Part shown: piece after piece, positions 44,463-59,400 of the stretch
Position numbering within the stretch: the first letter of the stretch is position 1
Layout of the letters: each line of letters starts with the position of its first letter
Assembly (NCBI GenBank): GCA_009103225.1
Contig: RHPI01002503.1
Span: forward strand, 180,391-244,390
DNA from: Chlorokybus atmophyticus
Taxonomy: Eukaryota > Plantae > Mesostigma and Chlorokybus algae
Length of the DNA: 64,000 nucleotides
Direction of reading: 5' to 3'
The notes under the pieces: model-generated
Database searches by the model: none
Told to the model about the DNA's origin: nothing
The model's input: only the letters and a program-made list of their open reading frames with translations
Program-made: the position numbers and the translations under genes

Positions 44463-47400
44463 ATGGCCAGCGGCGGCCCCCCTCGGGGTGGCGCTAGTGC
44501 CAGTCGTATCCTCAAACACGCCACATCTAGTACCAAGGCGCATGGTGCAGCTGTCGCTAGCGCCATGCCGCTGGAGCTGGCCAGCAAAGTGAGTAACAGA
44601 TTTGCTTGCGTGTTTGTGTGATGCGTGGGTGATGATGTCGCTATACTTAGGGGGGTTGTGTTACGTTAGAAAATGGTAAGCTAGTCACTAGTGTTGAGCT
44701 TGTCATGGCATCATAAAATCAGCGTGGCTCAGGTACTATGTTGTCTCAAGTCAGTACTTTCATCAACGGCACCAACACATCCGGGTGGTACCATTGCGGG
44801 GTGGATGCTTATACAGAGTGATAACTTGCTGCCTTCGTGCGCATGCATGCGGAACAATACGTCACCTACACCCTAACCTAGTCGTAAAACAACAAGGGTG
44901 GATAGTTTCACACTGCAGCGTGCACGCACATACACATATACGCGCACACACGTACGTGAACACCACATGCATGCATTCTTGAGTCCCCAGTTCAATGCCA
45001 TTCGAAGCGCTTATGGTACTCTTAGTTTACCTGTGGTTCTTACTCTGCATGCGTGCACGCACTTTAGAAGGCTGCGGCCGGCCCCTTTTCGCGCGCGTCA
45101 CAAGCGAAGCCTGCCATCGTGGAGCTTCTCGACATCGCCGAGTACACTCACCAGGTACCTTGACTCCCCCACACATGCACAACACAACACCCCCGCCCCC
45201 ACACTCACATGTGCTCTCGTCCTCTTTTTACAGAAGACAAGTTCGGTGCCGCCAGGAGAGCCCCTCTTTCAGCCGTTCCCTGCACAGATCACCTTCGCCA
45301 ATTACCAACCCTTCCAGGAGTACAAAGCCACCCTGCGCCTGCGCAACAACGACACCGTACGCACACATAACATCAACATGCATGCCACAGCCTGACACAT
45401 GCAGTGTCAAGTACTTGTTGTCTTCTTACAGGTGATACGACGTGTACGCGTGGTGCCGCCCAAGACGCCGTACTTCACCGTGTCTGCACCGAGAAAAGGT
45501 GGAGCTGAGAATGGCGGCCATCATGTTGATAACGCTGCCGAGGACGGCACGAGCAAAGTCGTGGCCGGGATGGAGGTGAGTGTACTAGTAGCATTGCTGT
45601 GTGGAGAAGACAACACGTGTACAAGTCATGGACACAATGATAAATGATGTTGTGCCAGGTGTCGTATATCATCACTTTCCGGCCCAACTCCACGGACGAC
45701 TACTCTGCGGACTTGACGATTGTGACCGAGCGAGAGAAGTTTGTCGTGCGCGTGGTTGCCATCGGCGCCCGCGGTAAGTGCAAGCCCGATTGTTGTAACA
45801 GACCATAATACCACACAAGAGCAAGTTTAATCCATTCAACATCTTTGCAGCCGTGCTGAACCTGCCCGAGTCTGTACAGTTCCCCACCACACCCCTCAAG
45901 AAGACCGCAACAAAGGTGTGATACACTCTCAACAGAAACCTTGCACCAGTCGCACCATCCTCATAACATTGACTATGATATTGAGCGTTGCTGTAACAAC
46001 AGACGTTGCTAGTGACCAATACGGGTCCCCGCGGCGCCTCTTTCTCTCTTCGCTGCACGCCTTTACACAGCATTGACTCCCCCTACACCGTCTCCCCCTC
46101 CCGCGGTTCCCTCGCGCCAGGTGACTCCCTCTCCCTCACCCTCCGCTTCACTCCTCGGCTAGCGTGCGAGGACTACGTTGGCACGCTGCGTGTGGTGTAC
46201 GACGGTGAGGGAGAGCAGAGTGAGGACACTGTTAGGTTGGTTGGGGCGGGGTGTGAGGTCAATGTGGGGTTGAGTTTCGAGAGCGTGGAGCTGGCGACGA
46301 CGTTCGTCGGGCAGCGCTCTCAACGCACGCTGAAAGTAGTCAACCGAAGCAATGGACCCGTCCACTTTGAGTGGAAGAGGTTCGGGAGCGAGGGCGAGGA
46401 GCGCGAGGCACGCCTTGCTGCCGAACTCTCCGCTGCGGCTGATGCGGGTCCTGAAACGGGTCCCGACATGGACACACGTCCCACCACAAGCCAGTCCTCC
46501 TCCTCTTCCAACAACTCCTCCACCCCGTCCTCCTCGTCTTCTTCCTCATCCTCCTCCTCTGCTTCGCGGCCCTCCTCTTCGCGGCCCTCCACCTCTGCCT
46601 CCCGTGTGAATGTGGAGGAGAATGACGACGAGGACTCGGAGATTGATGAAGCCCTCCTGCTAGATAAGTCCCTCACCTCCCCGCAGCGACAACTACAAAC
46701 ACTGCGCATCGCCTCTGCGCACGACAGGCAAGCGAGCAAACAGTTCATGTGTGCATATGATGTGTACAGGTTCAGAGGACACACACATTCACATATGTAT
46801 AACAAATACCAACGCGTTAATCCCAAACAGGTTCCTGTATGAGGATGCGGCGGTGAGTATATATCCCCTGGAGGGAGACATATGGCCCGGCGGCGAGTGT
46901 TTGATTACTGTTGGCTTCGCACCGGGAGCAGCGTTGGATTATACTTCTGTGGCATACTGTGACATCACCGGTATGTGGTGATGTCGGTAGTGCGTGTGTA
47001 TCTAGCATTGTGCTGATCGCATGCATGAGTGGTGGGATGAAGTGATAGGGATACAGAGATTGCTTTTTGTTGTGTACCTTTGTAGGGCGTGCGCAGAGGT
47101 TGCCGCTGAAGATCCGAGCGCGAGGTGAGGGTCCCGTGGCCGTGTTCGCGTACGACACGGTCGATGTTGGGGACGTGTTCTTCAACTCCTTACACCGTTA
47201 CGAGGTGGAGCTTCAGAACCGCGGCGGCATCCCCGCACCCTTCCGGTTACTCTCGACCCAACACTCCACGTTATCACCCGACCGCAACAACAATAGATTC
47301 ACCTTCGAGCCCGAATTTGGCGTGGTCCCGCCGGCCGAGCGTCAACCCCTCTTCATGATGTTCGAGTCCGCCACGCTTGGCGCCTTTGACAAAACCTTTG

Positions 47401-50400
47401 CATTCAACATTGAGGGCTGTACGAAACCTTTGGAACTCCAATTCAAAGGCGTGGTGATTGGCCCCACGTTCGCGTTAGACTGTAAAGACATGCATTTCGG
47501 ACTCGTGGCGCACGGGTTCCCGTACGCGCAGAGACTCGCTATCACCAACACGTCGGAGATACCAATGACCTTCGCACTGCGATGCGTTGTGGCTGCGGGT
47601 GAGGGGGTAAGTGAGAGAGTTGCTGAGGGGTTTACTATCACGCCGCAGCAGGGCGCAGTCCCGCCGGGCGGCAACCAAGAGATTGAGGTTGTAGCTTGCC
47701 TGCGACGGGCTGGACAAGTCAGGTACCTGTTTGGTGCCTCTGCATGTTGTGAATGGGGCAACACTGTGGCTAAGTGATACGTCTTACAGGTGTACCCTCG
47801 TTGTTGATATGCCGAGTGTTGGAGAGAACCTTGCAAGCGTACCCATCTTTGCTGACTGCCAAGTACCAAAGGTTTGAAGCCTTCTCATCAACTTAGCTGT
47901 AAAAGCAGCTTACCCCTTGTATACAATCCCCACTGCATTGAAGAACTTGATTTTCCATAATTGGTTTGCATCTTCCTCTTCAGGTGTCTTTGCTTCAAGA
48001 CACCCTCGACTTCGGTTCCTGCTTCTTGCGTCACCCTTACGCCTCGACTCTCACACTCGTAAACGAGTCTACCCTTCCCGCTCTCTTCACTGTTCTCCCT
48101 CAAGACGAGATGAGCCAGGGTCTCGCCGTCTACACGGCGGACCCGCCGTCGGGTCAGGTCCCAGCATTAGGTCAGTCGGATGTGACCCTCACGCTCGCGA
48201 CGGAGCGATTGGGTGGAATACGTCTACCCGTTGGCGTGAGCGTTGGGGGGATGGAGGGAGTGATGGAGGTGATACTTGCTGCGAGGAGTACAGGACCCGT
48301 GCTGGAACTGGCGGGGATGTTGGACTTTGGTAAGGTGGATGTGTTGAAGGAGCACAAGCGCGTGGTGAAGGTGCGCAACGCGTCGTTGATACCGGCGGAG
48401 TTCAAGGTGAGAGACGGTGTGCATGTGTACGTGTATGTACATGTGCGTGCGGGACCAGGTGGGTGAGTGAGCAAACGAGTTATTTGTGAACATCATGAAG
48501 GTGTTCATCACGGGGGCTGAGTCGGTGTTCTCCGTGGATGTGAGAGAAGGTATCATCCCGCCCTCTTCTTTTCTCGAGTTGGGTGTCTCCGTCACCCTCG
48601 ACGACACTGCACGCTTCGCCGATACGCTTAACGTGCTCGTCATTGAAGGCCAGGACTACGCTGTCACGCTGTCGGCCGTTGGATCCGGCTCCACCATTGT
48701 GTGTGACAAGCTCGACGAGGCCGGGAGCGTTGTACACTTTGGACATCAGTTCACCGATGCGGCCTTCTCCAAAGAGTTTGTTCTACAGAACGCTGGAAGA
48801 AGACCCCTCTCTGTCACGTGGATCAATGAGAACGACCCCGCTGCCGTCCAGGCCGCCAACGCAAAGAACAAGAAGGGTAGCAAGACTCCCAAAGATGTGA
48901 ATGCCAGCCATGTGACAACAGACACCGCTATTGTCAGTGCTGCAGCTACCACTACTTTCAACAGTAGCAGCAGTGGCAAGGTTGTGTTCATGCTGTTGCC
49001 GGACAAGGCGGTGATCCCGGCAAAGTCTTCGTGGGTGTTTATTCTGTCAGGTCAGTCGTCCGTGGCTGGCGTGTTCTCCGAGACTCTCGTGTGTCGGACT
49101 GTCGGGGCTGGTGGCGGGGGTGGGAAGGCCGGCGGCAACCAGGCCAAGGACGTGTATCGTGTGGTTGTTGACGCCGACGTGGCCGTCCCGCGCGTGGGTA
49201 TCTCCACCGCGGTCCTCTCTTACGTGTACGCGTGGCAACCCGGTGTACCTCTGCGCCCTCAGACTCAAGCCCTCACCCTCCGCAACGTGTCGAAGCTCCC
49301 ACTAGAACTTGCTATGCGCACGACCCCACCTTTCTTCATCGACCGTCCACACTGGAACTTATCCCCCGACGAGGGCGCCACGGTCAACGTGACCTTTTCC
49401 CCCGCCGTGGCACGCGACAAGGTGTCCTCCTCGGCCTCTGGGCGCATCACCGTGTCATACGCCGACTCAGCGCAGAAGGACTACGTGGACCTCCTCGGCG
49501 AGGTGTCGCTACCCAACCTGGAGATACGGCCCAACACGGCCATCGACTTTGGCTGCGTGCAGAACGACACATCGGCGCGAAAGACACTCACGCTCACGAA
49601 TGTGTCGAAAGTGGAGGTACACTACTCGTGGGCCTTCATCGAGGAGGGCACTGTTGATGATGATGCGGCCAGCACGATCAGCAGCGCCACATCACCAAAG
49701 GGCCGTAGCAGCAAACCCCGTTTACCCGCAAACCAGGTGAGTGTGACGAGTACGTGTGTGATGAGAATGTGTGTGCTCTTGCATACCTGCAGACAACAAT
49801 ACGCTAACCAATCAATGTAACAGGTGTTTGACATCCTGCCATTCAGAGGGACCATCCCTCCTGGCCAGTCTGAAACCACCGAGATTGTGTACTACGCGCA
49901 TCCCGGCAGCAGATACAAGTATGATGGTGATGGAAAGATTAGCATACACAGATGTTCAGACGCTAACTCATGGCTTGTTGTGACAGGGCGGTAGCAGTGT
50001 GTGAGGTGGAGGGCGGTCCCGAGTATGAGATTACAATGGAGGCCGAGGCGGGGATGATCAAGTACTCCCTCGACGTGATGTCGATCGACGCGGGTGCGAC
50101 GCTTTTCTGCCGTCCCGTCGAGAAGGAGTTCTACCTTGCCAACACGGGCAAGGTCCCCTTCGACTTCCGGGTGGACACATCCCCTCTCTCCCGCGCGGGC
50201 GTGGTGCAGGTTCACCCGCTGGGAGGCGTGTTGGCAGGCGGGGACAGGCAGCGGTTCCTCGTGCGCGTGACGCCCGGATTGCCCGAGCGCGTGGTGGAGA
50301 AGTTCCGCATTGAGGTTGCGCACTTTGAGCCGTGCGAGTTCACCGTCTACGCAGAGGGAGTTTACCCAGCAGCGCTATTGTCTCTCCCGCGCCCCGCAGA

Positions 50401-53400
50401 TGACGTGGCCTTCGAAGCCTGCCTCGCACAGGCACGCGCCAACCTATCCGCACATGGGCCCCGCGGCCCCACCTCCCCTATCACAGTAAGGAGGAGCCAC
50501 ACCTACACCCAACACACATACCCTCCTTTTTCACACTGCTCACACTTGGTGCATGCACAGAGTCCAACAAGGACATCTATGCAGTCGAAGACCCCTCTTC
50601 GCCGGCCACGCAGCAGCAGCCGCTCTGTCACGTCCTCGTCGGTCACGGGTGGACCCGAGGGAGGGCTTCCCGTGCTTCGGCCCAGCTCAAGCAGACACTC
50701 TTCCGTCATCGACAGCCCTCGGGCAGGGGCCATAAGGTGAGTACTTATATACATATACTTGTGCTTGCTTTTATCTTTCTACTCCTTCTGAATATGCACA
50801 ATGCCACATTCCAGCCCCGTGTACACTCCCTCGGCAGAGGAGGTTGAGACCGAGGCGGACCGCCTGGCTCTGCGCGCGCACCTGGTGGGGCGCGAGTCCA
50901 ACAACAATGCATCCCTTGAAGCTACACGCGAGAGACGACGCACCATTCATGTCGCATCCGAGGGCGTCATTAGCAATGACGTACGTGTTTGGTGTTTGTT
51001 CTGTCAAGGAGCCCATCTCAGTACAAGTCTGCTTGACTGCAGTTGTATCATACCATTTTTTGCGTGCAGCAGAGTGCAGAGCAGCAAGGAGGAGGAGGAG
51101 GACCTCATGTTGCCGGTGAAGAAGGAGGCGGAGGAGGAGGAGGAGGGAGCCCCCCGCCTTCTCCAACAAGGCGTCAGCCACGTTCACGTGCATCCACAGC
51201 ACCAGCAGTGGACCTGTCCGCACTAACACTCGCTCAATACGTGTGCGACTTCGGTGCGGTGACCAAGGGCACCAGTCGCCGCAAGACCTTCCGCGTGACC
51301 AACTCCTCCTTCAGCGGTGCCGTCACGGGCGGCATCTCCCTCACCGTGGCCGACAAGCATCGCTTGGCTGCCGCGGGTCTCACCGTCGACCCCGACAATG
51401 TCCTGAAGCTCCCCGAGGGCGAGAGCGTGGAGCTGTCCGTGACACTACAAACAGCCAAGGCTGATGTGGCCGTCGGGACACTCGATAAGCCACTCAGACT
51501 CACGCTGAAAGGTGGACCCGCACTCGTGGTTCATCTACGGGCTCTTGTCGAGGTCCCGGAGATGAGACTCTCGGCGGATGCGGTTGATTTTGGCAGAGTA
51601 CAGGTTGGGCATTGTAAGGTTGTTACGGTGCAGCTGCACAATCATAAGAGCGTACAGTGCGAGTGGGCCGTAAAGAAACCGACTGAGGGCGTGCGAGACT
51701 GGGAGCTGTTTGAAACAACACCGGCCTCGGGCACACTCGCACCTGGAGAATGCGCCAACGTGGAGGTAAAATGCTCTGTGCGTGCGCATGTCTGAGTGTG
51801 TGTGGGTGTGTGTAATATGCTCTGTGCACGCGCGTGCCCGTGGCCGTGCGCGTGCGTGCGTGCGTGCGTGCATGTGTCCTGCAAAATTTTTGTGTGTGAG
51901 TTAACTTTCCTGTCTGTAGATTAAGTTCACCCCCAACGCGGAGCGCGATGGCTACGCCCAGAAGATCCCCATCAAGGTCAACTACAACACCAAGGGTTAC
52001 TCCCTCAATTGCAAGGCCAGCGCCTACTCCCTCCGCATCCGCGCGGACCCTCAGACCCTCTCTCTCTCCCCTCTCCTCCCCTCTGCTCCCCCGACACGCG
52101 CCCTCCTCACCCTACGCAACGACAGCGAGGCCTCCGTGGAGATACTCGCACCGGACTTCGATAAGCAGTGGATGGTGGATGAGGATGCCGTGCGACACGG
52201 GGTGGACTGGGCGGGGAGTGTGACTGGGGATAGGGTGGCGGTGAGGCCGCGGCAACCGGGCATGGGACTGCAGGTGGGTAGGGGTTGATGTGTGTTGGTG
52301 GGGTGGAGTGGGTGGGTGGGGGCTCATGAGGGATGTGCGTAGGTGGAGATTGTGGAAGCGTATCAGAAGAAGAAACGGATGGAGAAGTTGGAGCAGGAAA
52401 GGCGGGAGCGCCTGCAGAATGCAGCGGAAGGCAAGGAGGGTAAGCAGCAACATCAAGTCAGCATTTAACCATCCGCACACCACTCACAAGGAAGGGATAA
52501 GGGCATGAAGCTGCTTACTTCCTCGGCTGAAATGATGATCATGCAACATTCCATCACTCAAAGTTTCCTGCTTACTGCACCACTTACTGCCAGCACTTGT
52601 GCATTGCATGTTTGCTAACCACTAATACTTAACAGGAGATGCAGCTGAGGGTGCCGAGATTGGCGACTTGGAGAGTTCTTCAGACCCCACCGCAGTCACC
52701 GACGACAGCAGCGTCAACATCGTCCTGTCCGGCCCCCCTCATGCGGGTGCCTCAGCACTTGCCTCAGCACTCGCTCAGCGCTACAACCTACTCGTCGTGA
52801 ACACCGCTGCTGCAGTAGACACAGCTATCACATACGCCACGGACGGCATCGACAACGCCAGTGATGCCGCACGCGCGGCCGCAACCCATCTAGACAACTT
52901 GGTCCAGGCTGCTGCGGCTGCCGCTGCCGACAAGAGCAAGAAGAAGGGCGCCGCCGCTGCTGCCAAGGAGGTCAAGGTAGAGCTCAGCGAGGACCTTGTG
53001 GCTGGACTCTTGAGGGAGGCTATGGGTGCGGGAGATGACAGTGGGGCTGACAACAAAGGATATGTGTTTGACGGAGTGGAGAGCAAGCACGCATCTGCGC
53101 ATGTTGTGGCCAAGGCGATTGCGTTGGCGCTCGGCCAGGCGCAGTCAACATCAACGGAGGGCGACACGGATATGAGCAACTCCTGCTCCTCCAAGCCTAC
53201 CCGCCGACGTTTGGACTTCCTGCTGCTGCAATTACCCATGGAGGACGCCATAGCAAGGCGTGATGCCTTAGCCGCCGAAGGGGAGGCCAACGCTCCTGAT
53301 CTTACATTAGAAGCTTCTGCTGGGGAGGCTGAGGGCTTGAATGATAGCGAGTTAGAGGCAAAGGCAGAGGCAGACAAGGTGGAGGAGGAGGAGAAGACGC

Positions 53401-56400
53401 TTGAGGACACATCTGGAGACAATGAAAGCAAGCCCAGTGCCAAGTACATTGCATCTGACGAGCAGATACAAGGCTACTACGCTGCTTTGTCCTCCCTTCG
53501 CGATGCGTTAGGCTCAATTCAGGCGCCGGACGTATCCGTCCGCACACGCGACATCCCTTGCCAAGGGTTGGAATCACCAACTGTGGAGACTCTGTTACAA
53601 GAGGCGTGCCGGACGCTGCCGGACTGGCGAACAGCCGAGGAGCGCGCGCGCGACATACCCGAGCCCTTCACCCTGCAGATATTGAAAAAACCCAAGGCGT
53701 CGCGTCCCGTACGCGCACCTGTGCTGCACTTCTCACTCTACACTCCAACTAGTAATAACGGGAGTGCGGAGGAAGGGGAGATGCAGTACTCGCAGCAGAC
53801 AAGGTGGGTGGTGCCCGCGCGTGGCAGTGTGCAGGTGGAGGTGCGGTTCGCATCGGCAGAGGTGGGGACCTTTGAGGAAGCTATTGTGTTTGAGGCGCTG
53901 GGAGGGGAGAAGGCGGTGTCGGTCGCGTGTAAGGGAGTCTGCGCGTATCCGCAGATCAGCCAAGACTACCGCAATGTGTTCTACCGCAAGGTATGCATAG
54001 CATTGGCCTGTGTGCGTGCGTGCGTACGTGCGTGCACGCGATCATACATGAACCTGCGCATATGCGTGTATGCGTGTGCGGTCATGTTTGCGTGCGCGTT
54101 GAACTCTATCTAAACGCCACCCACTGACTGTTGCACTCACAGGTTAAGGTAAGGCCCGCCTCCGCCGCCATATCCAAGCAGTACGTTGTCTCCAAAGGCG
54201 TTTTCGACTTCGGTCCCTTGTTAGCCGGCAAGTTGCTTCCGCCATCGCGCGCACAAACTCCCTCAAAGGCCGCCCGCGACTCTTCCGCCGCCGCCGCAGC
54301 AGCAGCAGCCGCTCTCCCCTCGCAGCTACCCGAAGCCCAGGTGGCGGAGAACCGCGACCGCTTCCGCATCACCAACAATGGACTCTTTGACGTGAAGGCG
54401 GAGCTGTACTTCAAGAACCAGCGAGAGCAGCAAGGAGAGGCCCCTCAGGGTGCCAAAGAGGGAGCCAAAGGTGGACCCGCTGCGGGTGCAAAGAAAGGTA
54501 CAATCAAACCTCCAGAAAGTCTTCCCGTCTTCAGCGTGGACCCTATGGAGATCCTCCTTCGTGTTGACGAGACCCGCGACGTTGTTATCAGCGCGTTCCC
54601 GTCATCCATTGGTCTCGTCTCCGACATCCTCGTGGTCCGAATTGACTCGAATCCCGTACCCGTGGAGTTCCCCGTGCAGTGCACCGGCGCCACTCCCGTG
54701 CTTGAGGTCGAGGGGGCCGACGTGAAGTTCGAGCGGTTACTTGTTGGACATACTGACAACAAGGAGGTGAAGCTGAAGAACGCGTCGCTACTGCCACTCA
54801 AGTGGAAGATTGTGGGAGGGGAGGGACTACCGGCAGGACTCGCGGTCAGCGAGACGCAGGGAGCACTCGATGCCGGCGCTGAGACCATTGTTAAGGTGGG
54901 CACATTATTTGATGCTATCGTAGAGGTGTGACATACTGTGTTATGAAATCGGGGTGCTGAGTGTATCAGTCATGTGCGTGCAGGTCACATTGACAGCCAG
55001 TGAGAAGGCTGTGCTGCAGCACAAGATGACGCTGCAAGTGTTTGACAGCCAGGTACGTGTAACTGGACCTGATACGTCTTTGTAGATATGTGCGTGTATG
55101 TGTGCCCTGAACTCTGTACGTCGTGTATAGGAGCTGCGTGGGATCGCTCAGGAGGTGCCCATCACCATTGCCGCCGAGGCGTACAAGATCGAAGTCGACG
55201 TGCAGTTCCCCTCGGGACCCGACAAGATGCCTCCTTATGGGGGCCTGGACTTTGGCGTCCTCCGCGTGCAGGTGCATTTTGGCCCTCCTACATGCACACA
55301 TAGATTGTGAACTCACAATTGATGTGCACTCGCGCTGACTGCCCTCTTGCTTGTTGCGCTCAGGATGATGCAGTGCGGACCTTCACCATTGCCAACACCG
55401 GCAAGTACCGCATTGGGTTCGCTCTCTCCCTCGGCTCGACCAAACAACAACAACCCCAACCCCAACAGCAGCCCAATGGTAAAGAGATAGGCAGCCAACT
55501 GCCTCTCCCGGCACGGTCGGCAGCTACAGCCATAGAGGGCTTGTTCACTATATCTCCGATGGAGGGCGTGGTGGAGCCCGGCGCAAAGCAGCCCACCGCC
55601 GTCACGGTGCACTTCAACCGCGACAAGCTGCTCGCCAAGGAGGTGGAGCTGCGAGGAAACACGGAGATACAGCTCGCCATCGTGGAAGTCCTCACTGGAA
55701 AGGTGGAAAAGCAAAACGCATTGTCATTGCAGTAACAGCGGGTGTTGATAACGTGTTGGGGATTTTTGCAGAAGGAGCACATGATGCCTGTGAGGGTGGA
55801 TTTGCGAGCTGTGTTCAGCAAGTACAACGTGCTGCCAGGTGAGCTTGGTGTGAAATCACTGCAACATTTACCATCAGCGCTGAGAGGCAAGATACAGTAA
55901 TGTTCAGTATTGCCATGTCAATTTGCTTGTAACACCATTGGTGTACTCAACATTTTCTCTCGCGTTCCAGCGCGAGGCATGAACTTTGGCCCATTGGTGT
56001 ACAACACCACCTCGAACCCCCGCACCTTTGAGATCCAGAACTCCGGCGAGTTCCCTTTCGCTTACAGTCTTTTCTCATACGGCGACGGCGGTGCCGACGG
56101 ATCATCAGACCCTCAACAACAGCAACCGCTCTCGCCGACGTCCCCGGGCCGGCCCGGCACGGCTTCAAAACAAGCCGCCGCTGCAACGGACCTGCGCTCC
56201 CCCGGCGGCACGCGCAAGACCTCCGTCATCGCCGGGTTCAACACGCTGCAGCTGGGGAACTTCTCGCTCACACCGTGCTCAGGCACGGTACCCCCGGGCG
56301 CAGTACAGCAGGTGTGTGGGATGATGTTGTTGGTATAGAGATGTGTGTGTTGACTGGACTGTCCCACTCACTCGACTTGGCTGTTCCAGGTCAGCATTGT

Positions 56401-59400
56401 GTTCGTGGCGGAGAAGGCTCGTACGTACGTGGAGGTCCTGGGCATAGACATCGCCGGTCGGGACCCCGCAGACCATCCTGTAAGCATGCAACAACAACAA
56501 CACTTATTCAATCATAAACACCCCACCCAACTCACCCACCTCACCCACCTCACCCTACCTCACAGGGTGGCATCCCCTACGAGATCGCCGGCGAGTCCTG
56601 CATCCCCGGCCTCTCCGCCTCCGACCTCGACGGCATCTTCGAGGAGCAGCGCGTGGTGGCGGCCCTTGACCCCTTCGACGTCGCGAAAACTGGTGGGGGA
56701 GTCTTCTCGAAACGAGAGAGGACGTTCTATTTTGGACCGGCCATCGCGAGGATGAACGCTGCGACGGGGGAGAAAGCGGAGGGGGGGGCGTTCTCGCACG
56801 CAGTACAGGCAAACCTCAAGTACGTGACTGTGCTTGGTACTTTTCGACAGTAACGGTTGTTGGAGGTCTGCTGTCAACACAACATGCGTTGCAATTTGCT
56901 ATGAACGCTCACGGTGCTGCTTGAAATTGAATAGTGTTAGTCCTAGTACTGCTAGTAGTAGTAATAGAAGGAGCACTCGTGCGTGCATGCGTGCGTGCAT
57001 TACATGTGCTTCAAGTAAAACAAATGTTGCACGTTCAGGTTGACCAATCCCAACAAGGTGGCGACGACTGTCGAATGCTCTCTCAAACCCAAGCAGCCTT
57101 CCGACGGGAAGCCTCAGGACTTCCCTATGGACGTCCAGCCTCGCAAGGTTGAGATCCCTCCCCACGAGCACCGTTATGTGACTCTCTCCTTCGCTCCAAC
57201 GGCCATCCAGACCTACTGCGCCGTGTTCGAGGCCGCCGCAGAGAACGGTGGCGGGGACCCGCGCACGAGAGCCTTCTCGTGCGATGTTGTTGGGGAGGGG
57301 TGCCTACCGCACGTATCGATACACACGTCTACGGCGAGTGCGAGTAGTGAGGGAGGGGGTGTGGGGGTGAAGTTCCCGCGCGTGCTGCCGGGGAAGCGGG
57401 TGACCGCGGAGATACGAGTGAAGAACTACGGGACTCTCGCGGCCAAGACCGTGTTGGAGTGGGGCCAACCTAACACTAGTGATAATGTGTTTGACATCAC
57501 ACCCAAGGAGGGTCTCACAGCAAGTCTAGAGAGCAACCAGAGTCAAGTGTATGAGGTGTCCTTCGCCCCACGTGCGCCAGGTCAGTATGCCCACGAGGCC
57601 ACACTTGTCGTCAAACACAACCCCTTTGAGAGTCAGAAGATTAAGATTAGCGGCGAGTGCTACGTCGAGGACGTGACCTTTGTTGGGTTACCTGATGGTT
57701 ATGACGATGAGCTTCACTTTGGCGACGGTGCTGTGGGTGAAGAGAGAACAGTTCAGTTTTTGTTGAAGAATCACTCGGGGAGGCTCTGGCGCTTTGCGTG
57801 GCCAACGGCAATACAACATGTCACATTCACGCCGGCGATAGGGCACATACACAAGGGTGGTGAGAAGGCTGTCACGGCGGTGTTCAGACCTGAGGAGCCT
57901 GCTTTCTACAACAACACGGAGGCTTTGCTTGCGTTGAGTGCGATTGAGTATGATGGGGATGTGGTTGAGTGGGACGACACGCACACGTCCATGCCTGAGC
58001 CGGCGTACCTCCCCGTCGACGGCGGCAAGCTCGACAAGAAGGTTGTGTTGAAGGTCCATGGCGTTGCGGACAACGCTCGCTACGAATGCGACGCCAAACC
58101 CGTCGTCTTCCGGCCCACCATGATGCACCAAGCACGCACGTACACCTTCCCGCTGAAGAACACCAGCAAGGCCAAGATGACATTCAACTTCTCCATACTC
58201 AAACCAGGAGAGAGAGATACAGCCGATACAACCCAACCTTATACAGTCAAACCTCAAGAGGGTGAGATTGATGCCGGGGCTGTTGTGGACGTGTGCATCC
58301 GTTTTGCTCCTCTTGAGGTGGGAGACTGTGCCCGTGTGTTGGTCTGTGACATGGGTCCGGGTCGTTTAGAGCCCGGGTTCCAACCCTTGAGGATATCTCT
58401 TGATGGGAGAGTGACAAGACCCTGGTGCCACTTTGATCTGCCGGATAGTAATTATCTGTCGGCCGGGAGGAGGAACCCGGAACTGAGGGGACCGACGGGG
58501 ACGCTGGGACCGCTGGATCCCAATACGAGGGTCGTGGAGTTCGACTCGCTCGGGACTAAGGTGAAGAGCTTTTTGAATACAGCTTTTGAAGTAGATGTAG
58601 TCTCCCTCTCTGTGCGCGTGTCCACAACTAACAACAACATAGCACATCACTGCACAATTCATACCTCAATGACACGCTACACTATACTCATCCTAGTCAC
58701 ACGCAACACGACACACTAGCCACCTGTCAAACGATGTTGGTAGACTATATACATACTACACTATCCCAGTCGAGTAGTACTCAAGTTTACTCCACACATC
58801 TAATCACCTTCCCACACTGCCTGACACATTGCTTCCCATCTCCCTCCCCTCGGCAGGTCCGCAACACCCGCCGCTTCTTCGTCCTCAACCCCACCTCCAT
58901 CTCCTACGAGTTCCACTGGATCGAGCTCACTCCCGACTCCACCTCATCCTCCCTCTCCCCCTTCCGTTGCGCCAACGCGGCCACGCGAGGTGTTATCACC
59001 CCCGGCCGTCGCTACGAGATGGCGTTCGAATACACGCCGGAGGTGGAGGGGACGCAGGAGAGCTTCTGGGAGTTCAGGATACCGGAAAGGGAGATCGTCG
59101 TGCCGTTCCTCATGGTGGGGAGGGTCGTGGAACCGAACGTGGGGTTTGATAGAGCCAATGTCAACTTCAAACAGGTGAGGGGATACTAGTGATACGCTTT
59201 GCAGCTTGTGTGCGTGTCTGTGTGTGTGCCCGCGCACGCGTGCATGTGCATGCCTGTGAGGGCGTATGCACTGGTGTGTGTCTGTGCACACGCCTGTGCA
59301 TGTGTGCATGTGTCCCTATATGGCTGGCTTTTCACTGAGCTCCTTATGTCTGAATCAGATCTTGGTTGGTGCTAAAGGCAAAGAGTTGATTCACTTAGTC

